Origin: an uncultured Ruminococcus sp.
Lineage (GTDB): Bacteria > Bacillota > Clostridia > Oscillospirales > Acutalibacteraceae
Length of the DNA: 59,335 bases
Assembly (NCBI GenBank): GCA_945607165.1
Contig: CALYYZ010000001.1
Location: 1-59,335 of the forward strand
Direction: 5' to 3'
Under the pieces are notes generated by a model. The model saw only the letters and a list, made by a program, of their open reading frames with translations, did no database searches and was not told the DNA's origin. Shown here in pieces: positions 21,800 through 30,977 of this stretch (position 1 is the stretch's first letter; every line of letters begins with the position of its first letter). Both the position numbers and the translations under genes were made by a program.

Positions 21800-22722
21800 C
21801 TGATACAAAATTAATACAGTCACCACTTAATTACACCGGTGGCAAGTATAAGCTATTGCCACAGATTTTACCCTTTTTCCCAAAAGAGATAGATTGCTTT
21901 GTGGATTTATTCTGCGGCGGTTGTAATGTCGGAATCAATGTTGATTCTAAAAGCGTTATCTATAATGATATTGACGAGCATTTATTCTACCTGTTCAACA
22001 CTTTTAAGAACTTAGACAAAGATATTATCTTTGAATTGATTTTTAAGATAATCAAGGACTATGATTTATCTCTTGTCTGCGAGCATGGGTACGATTATTA
22101 TAATTGCGAAAGCAGCAAGGGCGTTGGCGGTTATAATAAAGAACGATTTTTAAAACTGCGTGACGATTTCAACCACCATAAACAAGAAGATTACTATTAT
22201 TACCTTATGCTATATGTGATGATAGTATATGCTTTTAATAATCAGATTCGTTTTAACGCAAAAGGTGAGTACAATCTGCCCGTAGGCAAAAGAGATTTCA
22301 ATAAAAAAATGCAAAGCAAACTGTCAGACTTTATTGACAGATTACAACGACAAGATTGCCGTTTTACATGTAAGAGCTTTACCGAATTTGATACCTCCGG
22401 TTTGACTAACCGAGATTTTGTCTATGTTGATCCGCCGTACTTGATTACCTGCGCCACATACAATGAACAGGATGGTTGGAATGAAGAACACGAAAGAGAG
22501 TTGTTGAAGTTCCTCGATAATCTGAATGGTATGGGGATTCGTTTTGCTCTTTCAAATGTCCTTCGGAGTAAAGGCAAAGAAAACAGAATACTAATTGGGT
22601 GGTTAAGAGAAAACCTTACTAAATATAAAATACATAGTTTAAACTACGGATATTCTAATTCTAATTATCAGACAAAGGACAAAGAAACAAAAAGTGAAGA
22701 AGTTTTGGTTACAAATTACTGA
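21781..22722 (+). CDS. N6-adenine DNA methyltransferase 2 (Dam-like, D12 class)
   Basis: SPLNYTGGKYKL, DLFCGG, YVDPPY, EEVLVTNY. Confidence 0.92.
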   Translation: MQVFRLTDTKLIQSPLNYTGGKYKLLPQILPFFPKEIDCFVDLFCGGCNVGINVDSKSVIYNDIDEHLFYLFNTFKNLDKDIIFELIFKIIKDYDLSLVCEHGYDYYNCESSKGVGGYNKERFLKLRDDFNHHKQEDYYYYLMLYVMIVYAFNNQIRFNAKGEYNLPVGKRDFNKKMQSKLSDFIDRLQRQDCRFTCKSFTEFDTSGLTNRDFVYVDPPYLITCATYNEQDGWNEEHERELLKFLDNLNGMGIRFALSNVLRSKGKENRILIGWLRENLTKYKIHSLNYGYSNSNYQTKDKETKSEEVLVTNY

Positions 22723-22731
22723 GGTAAAACT

Positions 22732-24702
22732 ATGACGAACGAGATTCCTTATAAGAGTTTTTGCTGGGCTTTGGGAACAACCAGCTTTAGAACAAAAGAT
22801 TTTAATAAGACCATTGAGGAACAGCTTGCGCTACTCAATGAATTTTGGGAATTGCCTGAAAATCAAAATGCAAACTGGTCTGGTGACAACGATACGCAGA
22901 CACGTTATTACGAATTTATGAAAGAGAAAGTGTTTGTTGTCGGAAGTGCAAATAACAAACCAAAGGACGCTCGTGAAAAAACCTCTGGTTTAGTTGATAT
23001 TGGTATTATTGATGAGAATCGCAAACTTACCGAAGCTGGAAGAGCGCTGTTAGAAATTAGTCAATCAAACGACTTTTCTTCAGATAACTTTTTCCAGATC
23101 CCTAAAGATAGCTTCTTGTATCTAAGACAGTTACTAAAAACATATAACAGTGTTGACGGCTCTATTGTAAGACCGTTTATTATATTGCTCTATGTCCTTT
23201 CAAAAGTTGAATATTTATCATTAGATGAGTTCACCTATTTACTTCCATTATGTACAAGTGCCGAATATACAGAGCAGATAATTGGTGGTATTCAAGCTTG
23301 TCGGAATCATACAGTTTCATTTGATGATATTATAATAAACAGATTGCTTGAAATGGATAACTATCAAGCAGCATTAGATAAGTTGCTTGAAAACACAGTT
23401 ACGGAGAGCCTAATCTGTGAAATCGGTTTAAATCGAAAAAGCCGAAACTACGATAAGACATATCTTCGCCTTTATGATGAGTTGTATTCTGTTTTCGTCA
23501 ATCACGATAACGCTCGAATTCCGCTTATTTTCTCTGCAACTAAGAATATAAACATAGGTAAGTGGTGGAGAAGGTATTTGTTCAATACATCTTCTGAAAA
23601 AGCTATTGAAAAGAATCCGGTTGCTTGTTTGAAGCATACTGCTTTTGCGGGTGTATCAACGGAATCAGAATTCAAGACCGTTTTCTTTAAAACAATGCAC
23701 TTGTTTAAGGCAAAGGCAACCTTATCCGATTACCTTGATTTAAACAGGCGATATATCCGTACTACAGATATTATTTTGTTTGAGGACAGTAATATAAAGC
23801 TGGATATTATTCCAAAGCATTTCTTTAATTCGATTGCTGATGAGCTGCACCATTACGCCTACACCACTTGTGACATATTGTTTGAAGATAGTAAACTGGT
23901 TGAGATTGCTGATTGCCTTGTAATTAATGAGGAAACTGTAATCGAAGGCGTAAATGCTGAACTCGGCACAAATGTCACTACAATAGGTGAAGCAAGAAAT
24001 GTTCTCGAAGATAACCGCTATCGTAGATTGCAGCATCTGATTGATACGAGGTTTACCGACGAAACGATTGTAACCTTACTCGGATATTTTGAGAGCAGAA
24101 ACGACACCGAAATAAAGAGTATGGTAACGGAAAACGCAGACATTCCGACTATCTTTGAATATGTGTTAGGTATTCTCTGGTATAAAATCAGCGAAAGACA
24201 GGGTAAGATTCTTGATTATATGAAATTGTCCCTTGACGCTGATCTCTTACCCAAAACACACGCCGCCGGTGGTGAAGCGGATATTGTATATGAATATCCC
24301 GAAACAGAATATTATCCTGCTCATTCTCTTTTGATTGAAGCAACTCTGGCGGATAGCACAAATCAAAGACGTATGGAGATGGAGCCTGTTTCCAGACACT
24401 TGGGCAGACATCTTATCAGAACAGGTAATCTTAATTCCTATTGTGTTTTTGCGACAACTTATCTTGATATAAATGTTATCGCAGATTTCAGAGGAAGAAA
24501 GCATATGCCGTTCTATGATACACAGGATTATACTAAAAGTGTTCCGGGAATGAAGATTATTTCACTACAAACATCTGAACTGAAAACTATTATTGATAAC
24601 CAAAAGAATTATAAACAATTATACCAAATATTCAATGAAGCTTATATATCCAATCTTCCTCCACATATGTGGTATGAAGAGTGTATAAAAAATCTATTAT
24701 AA
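22732..24702 (+). CDS. AlwI-family type IIS restriction endonuclease
   Basis: TTSFR N-terminus, P..HAAGG.ADI...IEATL, QRRMEMEPVSRHL; paired with two adenine MTases. Confidence 0.85.
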   Translation: MTNEIPYKSFCWALGTTSFRTKDFNKTIEEQLALLNEFWELPENQNANWSGDNDTQTRYYEFMKEKVFVVGSANNKPKDAREKTSGLVDIGIIDENRKLTEAGRALLEISQSNDFSSDNFFQIPKDSFLYLRQLLKTYNSVDGSIVRPFIILLYVLSKVEYLSLDEFTYLLPLCTSAEYTEQIIGGIQACRNHTVSFDDIIINRLLEMDNYQAALDKLLENTVTESLICEIGLNRKSRNYDKTYLRLYDELYSVFVNHDNARIPLIFSATKNINIGKWWRRYLFNTSSEKAIEKNPVACLKHTAFAGVSTESEFKTVFFKTMHLFKAKATLSDYLDLNRRYIRTTDIILFEDSNIKLDIIPKHFFNSIADELHHYAYTTCDILFEDSKLVEIADCLVINEETVIEGVNAELGTNVTTIGEARNVLEDNRYRRLQHLIDTRFTDETIVTLLGYFESRNDTEIKSMVTENADIPTIFEYVLGILWYKISERQGKILDYMKLSLDADLLPKTHAAGGEADIVYEYPETEYYPAHSLLIEATLADSTNQRRMEMEPVSRHLGRHLIRTGNLNSYCVFATTYLDINVIADFRGRKHMPFYDTQDYTKSVPGMKIISLQTSELKTIIDNQKNYKQLYQIFNEAYISNLPPHMWYEECIKNLL

Positions 24703-24759
24703 TTAACGCTAGTGGGGCTAGGCTTAAAATATGAGATTTGCGGTGAAGGAGAATACCTA

Positions 24760-27700
24760 ATGGCTGAACATCCAATTGTTTTTTTACATTTAAGTGATAT
24801 ACATATCTGCAATGAGAAAGATATAAGCGATAAACATATCAACAAGATAGTCGATTCTTTAAGAAGCTATAAAACTGATTTTAATACAATTATAATAATT
24901 ATTTCGGGTGATATAACTCAATCGGGTGAACGAAATCAATTCAAAAATGCATTTAAGCTAATGGGAAGTTTAATTAAACAATTGAGTGGTGCGTTTAAAT
25001 GCAATTGTAGAGTTATAGTTGTTCCGGGTAATCATGATGTTGACCACAGTGCAGCAATTCTAAAGATAGAAGACTTAAAAGATGAAAAATACTTAGAACT
25101 TGAAGTTGAAGAACATAAAAAGCTAAGAGAATTTTATGCTTTCTCAAAATATAATAAATGCTTTGAAAATTCAGAAATATATACCTACAAAACAATTATA
25201 GATATTGATGGATATAGGATTCAGTTTAACTTAATTAATAACGCCATATTTTCAACTCTTGATCAGTATAAGGGCCTTTTATATATCCCTGATAATAATA
25301 TTAAAAATTTACAAGCTGAGAAGGATATTGATTTTATAGCCACTGTTATGCATCATGCTCCAGACTATTATAGAGATGAAATAAAAAACAACATAGAGGA
25401 TAGATTGATAAAGTGTAGCGATATTCTATTTCATGGACATGAACATTATAATTATGATAAAAATGTCTCTTTTTCTAATTCCAAAAACACGATAATTCAA
25501 TCTTGTGGATGTTTATGTGATAAAGGGAATTGGAAAATCGGATCGTATTTTGTGGGGCTATTATACCCTGGCGAGGGGACATATAATTACCACAAATTCA
25601 GATGGAATGAAAATGCACAACAATACGAGCACGATGAGCTTATAACAAATGACATCTCCAACGATTCTTCTGATTTACAAACAACTGACGATTTTAGAGA
25701 GTTTATTTTTGAAGAAAGCTTTGATTATTATGTTTTTCCTGTAATAATGTATCAAGGAGAGAATGATAACGATAGTTTTAAAATCGAGTCTATTGATAGA
25801 TTAAAAGAAGAATTATTGAAACACAATTACTCATTGGTTAACGGAGCGAGTAATATAGGAAAAACTACATTACTAAAAAAATTATTCTTATCTTTTTCAC
25901 AAGACTATTATGTAATATATGGTAGTGCAGATAAAATTGCAGAAAAAAGCAAAAACAAAAAACAAAACATAAAAAAACTGATTGAATCATTGTTCTATGA
26001 TATTTATGGGAATGATAAAAGTAAATATCAGACCTTCGAACAAAAAGATAAAAAAGATTGTGTTTTTATTTTTGATGATTTTGAAAACATAGACGGTATT
26101 AATCTAAATGATTTTCTTGATGGGTTAGATAATCATTTTGGAACAATTATTCTGTCTACTTCAAGAGTAGTAGAATTTGACCCTCGCAATATAAACCTTG
26201 TTGACAAAGGTGGAATAGCTAGATTTGAAATAAAAGCCCCGGTGGGACATAAACGTCGAGAACTAATTAATGCGGTTGTAAAAACAAAAGCAAAAGATAA
26301 ATCACCTGATAAGATAGAAGAAATTGTCGAACAAGTTGATCGTTTGATTAAAACCCAGTTAAGTATTATACCTCCAGAGCCATATTATATCATACAAATA
26401 ACTGAAAACTACATGAATAATGTTGGAGAAGCCGTTTACAAAACAACAAATTCATTCAGTAAAGTATTTGAAGCAAATCTAACTAATAGATTAGATTTTG
26501 CATTAAAAACGAATAATAGAATCAAAGGTCTTACTGTTGAGTTAATGTATGTATTCTTAAGTAGAATTGCGTACTATATTCATTTTAACACAGCATATCC
26601 TATAAAAAGAGCAGAGATTGATAAAATTATTAGCGAATATAATAGCGTATACGGATATTCGTTTGAAACAGAAGATGTTATCTGTATTGCAAAGTCTGCA
26701 AAAATAATAAACAATACCCCTGATAGTCGGGAATTATTCAGATTTCAAAACAAAAGTGTTTTAGCCTATTTTGTTGCAAAGGAAATCATTAGAAAAAAAG
26801 ACAAAGAAGCAATGAACGATGTAATTAACAAGGCTTGTTTTAACATTTGCACAGACATTCTATTGTTTATAATCTATTTGACAGACGAGATAAATATAAT
26901 CGTAGATATATTATCTTTTATTACTAGTATCGTCAGCGCAAATTCATCATGGAATGAAATGAAAATTCCAAATAATATTCCAGCTTTTCTTCAAAACAAC
27001 AAATCTTTGCTTCCCGAAGAACGTACAATAAAAAAGGAAAAAGGGAAAAAACAGATTCAAAAAAATGAAGAAATAGCAGAAGAAAATATGCTAACAGAAT
27101 TTACAATAAAAGATGTCTATGATTGGGATGATTGTAATATTGAAAAGTTTAATAACCAACTGATTCGTATGACATCTTTGTTACAAATAATATCAAAGAG
27201 TCTTCCGTGTTTTGAACATTTGCTTACCAAACAAGAAAAGAAAGCTCTTGTTGAAACTCTTTATACCTTGCCGAATAGAATTTTTATGTTCTGGGGTAAG
27301 TTTATTGATGAAAATTACGATGAAATTATAGGAGAATTAAAAACTTTCCCATATTTTACAAACAAAAAACCAGATCTTCGAGAATATGAGATTGAAGAAA
27401 AAGTCAAATCAGCATTTGCAGTATACTCTATGAATCTATTGTTGAATCTATACTATATTCCAGCACTTAACGCCATAGGAAACAATACTTTGCAGTTTAT
27501 AGGAAACAAAGAGTTATTTGATTTTGATACTGAAATTACATATCAAATCGAGAATCTTATGTTTTTAGAGCAAAATCATAATGATCCTAGTTTTGTTGCA
27601 AATGCTATAAAACTTAAAGATCAATCTAATGATATGATTTCAAAGTATTTACTTAATCGAATTGTGAAACATGGTTTGATTACAAGAAAAGATTCAAGAG

Positions 27701-27792
27701 AAAACATCGATAAACTTGAAAGTAAGTTTTATCCAAACGCAAAAAAGGCCTTTTTTATCGAAAGGCAAAAACATAAGAGTCAAAAGAAGTAG
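24760..27792 (+). CDS. Calcineurin-like metallophosphoesterase fused to a STAND-type P-loop NTPase and helical C-terminus; candidate anti-phage protein
   Basis: HLSDIH, ISGDIT, VPGNHD, MHH, FHGHEH; Walker A GASNIGKTT; Walker B FIFDDFE; start at ATG 24760 after aaggag. Confidence 0.85.
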   Translation: MAEHPIVFLHLSDIHICNEKDISDKHINKIVDSLRSYKTDFNTIIIIISGDITQSGERNQFKNAFKLMGSLIKQLSGAFKCNCRVIVVPGNHDVDHSAAILKIEDLKDEKYLELEVEEHKKLREFYAFSKYNKCFENSEIYTYKTIIDIDGYRIQFNLINNAIFSTLDQYKGLLYIPDNNIKNLQAEKDIDFIATVMHHAPDYYRDEIKNNIEDRLIKCSDILFHGHEHYNYDKNVSFSNSKNTIIQSCGCLCDKGNWKIGSYFVGLLYPGEGTYNYHKFRWNENAQQYEHDELITNDISNDSSDLQTTDDFREFIFEESFDYYVFPVIMYQGENDNDSFKIESIDRLKEELLKHNYSLVNGASNIGKTTLLKKLFLSFSQDYYVIYGSADKIAEKSKNKKQNIKKLIESLFYDIYGNDKSKYQTFEQKDKKDCVFIFDDFENIDGINLNDFLDGLDNHFGTIILSTSRVVEFDPRNINLVDKGGIARFEIKAPVGHKRRELINAVVKTKAKDKSPDKIEEIVEQVDRLIKTQLSIIPPEPYYIIQITENYMNNVGEAVYKTTNSFSKVFEANLTNRLDFALKTNNRIKGLTVELMYVFLSRIAYYIHFNTAYPIKRAEIDKIISEYNSVYGYSFETEDVICIAKSAKIINNTPDSRELFRFQNKSVLAYFVAKEIIRKKDKEAMNDVINKACFNICTDILLFIIYLTDEINIIVDILSFITSIVSANSSWNEMKIPNNIPAFLQNNKSLLPEERTIKKEKGKKQIQKNEEIAEENMLTEFTIKDVYDWDDCNIEKFNNQLIRMTSLLQIISKSLPCFEHLLTKQEKKALVETLYTLPNRIFMFWGKFIDENYDEIIGELKTFPYFTNKKPDLREYEIEEKVKSAFAVYSMNLLLNLYYIPALNAIGNNTLQFIGNKELFDFDTEITYQIENLMFLEQNHNDPSFVANAIKLKDQSNDMISKYLLNRIVKHGLITRKDSRENIDKLESKFYPNAKKAFFIERQKHKSQKK

Positions 27793-27892
27793 TAACGTGC
27801 AAGTCCTGCCCTTGCTGGTCGTTATTTACTGAGTAAACGACCTATCCTCAGTAAATTCAATGCATATCATCTCGCTACGCTGACGTTACTAC
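27789..27892. other. 104-bp structured element starting at the STAND gene stop codon
   Basis: 10-bp closing IR GTAGTAACGT/ACGTTACTAC; hairpin GCAAG/CTTGC; interleaved stems GGTCGTT/AACGACC and ATTTACTGAG/CTCAGTAAAT. Confidence 0.6.
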
Positions 27893-28023
27893 AGTATTAG
27901 TATATTCTATTGCAGCGACAATATTCTAATTAGTTAAGGATTATTCAAAATAATCCGTATGGGATTTATTCTTTATATAGCATTGTAATTAGAGGTATAT
28001 TGTTGTAAAACAAAGTCGTTCAT

Positions 28024-28105
28024 TAGTAACACACAAGCAACAAAATAATGCAAAAGCCCTGTAAACAAGCCGATTTTTGCGTTTGAAAAGTTCTCAAAGA
28101 GATAA
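28024..28105 (+). other. Right attachment site
   Basis: TAGTAACA and AAGCAACA arm repeats (28024-28042); AAAAGCCCTGTAAAC (28052-28066, inverted match to 13438-13452); core 28089-28105. Confidence 0.75.
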
Positions 28106-28380
28106 AATTTTATACTTTATCTTCATCAACTCCAAGGCTCCAAAAGAGCTTTGGAGTTTTGTTTTTTGTTTCTTTGTCCTTTTGGGCATAAATATAGGCT
28201 GCCGCAAATCAAAGGATTTGGCGGCAGCCTATTTTTATTTGATAGAAAAATAGAACAAACTGTATAATTTATATTTATGGTTCGTAAAAAATACAAACTG
28301 TAATTCATTAACGATCCTATCAAATAAAAAATTAATAATGCCCGCTCAGTTGCGCCCTGCGTGCGCACGAGCGATGGCTA

Positions 28381-28415
28381 AAGAAAGCGTACGCACAATA
28401 TGCGCACGCTTTCTT
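28381..28415 (-). terminator. Terminator for the amino-acid ABC operon
   Basis: aagaaagcgt...acgctttctt hairpin just past the ATPase stop. Confidence 0.6.
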
Positions 28416-28424
28416 GAGATCAAT

Positions 28425-29222
28425 TTAACCATTGAATCTTGACAGGAAAGCTTGAGTTCGGGGGCTTCTCGGGTTGCCGATAACCTCTTCGGGTGTGCCC
28501 TCCTCCTCAATAACTCCGTCAGACATAAAAATAATTTTGTCTGCTACATCTCGGGCAAACTCAATCTCGTGGGTGACAACAATCATTGTGCTGTCTGAGG
28601 ATTTCAGTCCCCTGATTACATTAAGCACCTCGCCCGTAAGCTCGGGGTCAAGCGCAGAGGTCGGCTCGTCAAAGCAGAGCACATCGGGGTTTAACGCAAG
28701 CGCTCTGGCTATAGCCACACGCTGCTGCTGACCGCCGCTGAGGTTGCACGGATAGGAGTCTATTTTGTCGGAAAGTCCCACCTTGTCAAGCAAGGCAAGA
28801 GCCTCTTCTCTTATGAGTGCCTTTATTTCGCCGGGCTTTGTCAGTCCCTTGTAATTTGCACCGTTCTTTAATTTTTTGTTGTGCAGCTTAGGCGCAAGCA
28901 TAACATTTTCTATTGCGGTGTATTGCGGAAAGAGGTTAAAGGACTGAAAAACTAAGCCGAAATGCAGACGGTTTTTACGAATTTGAGAATCCGTCATATT
29001 GTTCTTGGTATCTCCGTCAAAAAGCACAGTGTTGTTTACGGAAATTTTGCCGGAGTTGGGGGTTTCAAGGAAATTCAGACACCTGAGCAGTGTTGTTTTT
29101 CCCGAACCCGACGAGCCGATAATCGCAAGCACCTCGCCTTTTTCAAGCGAGAAGCTTATGTCTTTTAACACCTGTGTTTTGCCGAAGCTTTTTTTGATTC
29201 CCTCAACTTGTAATAATGCCAT
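28425..29222 (-). CDS. Polar amino-acid ABC transporter ATPase (GlnQ-like)
   Basis: GSSGSGKTT, LSGGQQQRVAIARAL, FDEPTSALDPEL, VVTHE. Confidence 0.93.
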   Translation of the reverse strand: MALLQVEGIKKSFGKTQVLKDISFSLEKGEVLAIIGSSGSGKTTLLRCLNFLETPNSGKISVNNTVLFDGDTKNNMTDSQIRKNRLHFGLVFQSFNLFPQYTAIENVMLAPKLHNKKLKNGANYKGLTKPGEIKALIREEALALLDKVGLSDKIDSYPCNLSGGQQQRVAIARALALNPDVLCFDEPTSALDPELTGEVLNVIRGLKSSDSTMIVVTHEIEFARDVADKIIFMSDGVIEEEGTPEEVIGNPRSPRTQAFLSRFNG

Positions 29223-29234
29223 CTTATGTCCTCC

Positions 29235-29885
29235 TTAACCTTTGTAAAAATCAAGCTTTTTCTCAATGAAGGAGAACAGCAGGGTAAGTATACCGCAGAA
29301 AGCAAGGAAGAACAAGGCTGAGTAGAACAACGGCCATATAAGACCTACCATTGAAAAATCCTTGGCGTTCATAAGTATTTCGGGAATGGCTATTACACTG
29401 GCAAGAGAGGTGTCCTTTACAAGGGTGATGATTTCGTTGCCTATAGGCGCAGTTATTCTTTTGATAACCTGTAACAGCACAACATTAAAGAAAATCTGTG
29501 ACCTTTTCATACCGAGCACATAGCCGGCTTCATACTGCCCCTTGGGAATAGACTCGATGCCGCCTCGGTAGATTTCCGAGAAATATGCGGCATAGTTTAT
29601 TATGAAGGCAATCAAAGCTGCCTGCATTCTGTCAAAGGCAAAGCCGCCCTGTGAAGCCAGCGGGGGTATGTAGAACACCACGAAAAGCTGGAGCATAAGC
29701 GGTGTTCCTCGGATTATCCATACAAAGGTTTTTGTCAGCCATTTCAAGGGCTTAAACTTTGACATTGAGCCTAACGAAACCACCAGACCGAGAGGGAGCG
29801 CCGCTAAAAGCGTTATTGCAAATATAAAACAGTTTTCACCAAAGCCCGTAAAGAGCTGGCCTGTTACACTTAAAAATTCTTCCAT
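29235..29885 (-). CDS. Polar amino-acid ABC transporter permease
   Basis: IRGTPLMLQL, AAYFSEIYRGGIESIPKGQYEA, LVKDTSL. Confidence 0.93.
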   Translation of the reverse strand: MEEFLSVTGQLFTGFGENCFIFAITLLAALPLGLVVSLGSMSKFKPLKWLTKTFVWIIRGTPLMLQLFVVFYIPPLASQGGFAFDRMQAALIAFIINYAAYFSEIYRGGIESIPKGQYEAGYVLGMKRSQIFFNVVLLQVIKRITAPIGNEIITLVKDTSLASVIAIPEILMNAKDFSMVGLIWPLFYSALFFLAFCGILTLLFSFIEKKLDFYKG

Positions 29886-29913
29886 TCAAACAGCCCATTT
29901 CAAAGCGATCAGC

Positions 29914-30756
29914 TTATTTATTGCCAACTAAAAGCAAATCCTCAAGGTCGTACTTTTCGGCAATCTTCTTGAGTGTGCCGTCATTTGCGACTGCGTCGAT
30001 AGCGTCGTTGATTTTCTTGAGAGTTTCCTTGTCATTCTTGCGTATAGCAATACCGTACTGCTCGGGAGAGAATGACTTTTCATCAACAACCCCAAGGTCT
30101 GCGTAGTCAGAGCCGTCGGAAAGTGTGCCGATTGACATTACATAGTCGATGATTGCGATGTCTGCTGTGCCTGACTTAACCTCAAGCAAAGCCTTTGCCT
30201 GTGAGTCAACTCCGAGATAGGTTGCCTGCTTGAAGAATTCGTCTCCCTTTGCAACCTCTTCTCCTGCCGACTTCTTCTCTGCTACAACTGTAGCTCCCTT
30301 AAGAGCGTCAGCTTTGGTATACTTGTCAGCGTTTGCCTTTTTTGTAACCATAACCTGCTTGTTTTCCATATAAGCAGTTGAAATACCCATATTTTCTTTT
30401 CTTTCATCGGTAATTGTCATACCGTTCCAGATGCAGTCGATTGTTTTTGCGTTAAGCTCAACCTCCTTAGAATCCCAGTCGATTTTCTGGAACTTTGCCT
30501 TAACGCCAAGCTTCTCGCAAACAGCCTGAGCAAACTCTGTTTCAAAGCCTGTAAGCTCGCCCTTGTCGTCCTTGTAGTTCATCGGCTCAAAATATGTAAT
30601 ACCGATAACAAGCTCGCCCTTGTCGGCAATGTAGCTCCAATCGCCTGCGGCTGCATTTGAATTTGAGCCTGAAGAAGCCTGATTGCTGCCTGAGCAGCCC
30701 ACGAATAATGCTGCCGTTAAGGTAACGGCAAGAAGTAATGCAATGATTTTTTTCAT
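29914..30756 (-). CDS. Amino-acid ABC substrate-binding lipoprotein (SBP family 3)
   Basis: Lipobox FVGC; GELTGFETE, IDWD, IWNGMTITDER, EQYGIA. Confidence 0.92.
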   Translation of the reverse strand: MKKIIALLLAVTLTAALFVGCSGSNQASSGSNSNAAAGDWSYIADKGELVIGITYFEPMNYKDDKGELTGFETEFAQAVCEKLGVKAKFQKIDWDSKEVELNAKTIDCIWNGMTITDERKENMGISTAYMENKQVMVTKKANADKYTKADALKGATVVAEKKSAGEEVAKGDEFFKQATYLGVDSQAKALLEVKSGTADIAIIDYVMSIGTLSDGSDYADLGVVDEKSFSPEQYGIAIRKNDKETLKKINDAIDAVANDGTLKKIAEKYDLEDLLLVGNK

Positions 30757-30977
30757 TTGAAATTCCTCCGATTCATTTAATGTATTATATTATAACATTA
30801 TCATATTACTGTAGTAAAGTGTTTTTTTAAATTTGTTCATTTATTTTTAGTATAATAATTATTCTCTGTGCAACAATCATATTTTGACGAGAATAATGAC
30901 AAAAAATTGTATAGTTTATTGAAATGTGATATTGTGTGTGATATAATTTTATACGGTATTATAGGGGGGAGAACAAA

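Larger units (their letters stand above)
13388..28105. mobile_element. Integrative mobilizable element (~14.7 kb) inserted at the 3' end of rpsI
   Basis: 17-bp direct repeats AGTTCTCTAAGAGATAA (13388-13404) and AGTTCTCAAAGAGATAA (28089-28105); tyrosine integrase next to the left end; MobV relaxase; no T4SS genes; AT-rich cargo. Confidence 0.93.

Noticed and set aside
27789-27892. HDV-like, twister or hammerhead ribozyme, or retron ncRNA
   Set aside because: The loop TCCTGCC is HDV-like but P1/P1.1 spacing does not fit. The twister 3' GAGG is missing. A minus-strand CTGAGGA lacks the GAAA partner. No reverse transcriptase is in the window.
13388-28105. Prophage or self-transmissible ICE
   Set aside because: No structural phage genes and no VirB4/T4CP; only integrase plus relaxase, hence an IME.
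30757-30977. T-box or riboswitch ahead of the amino-acid ABC operon (also checked serS and leuC leaders)
   Set aside because: The leaders are short or AT-rich, with no T-box motif or terminator/antiterminator structure.
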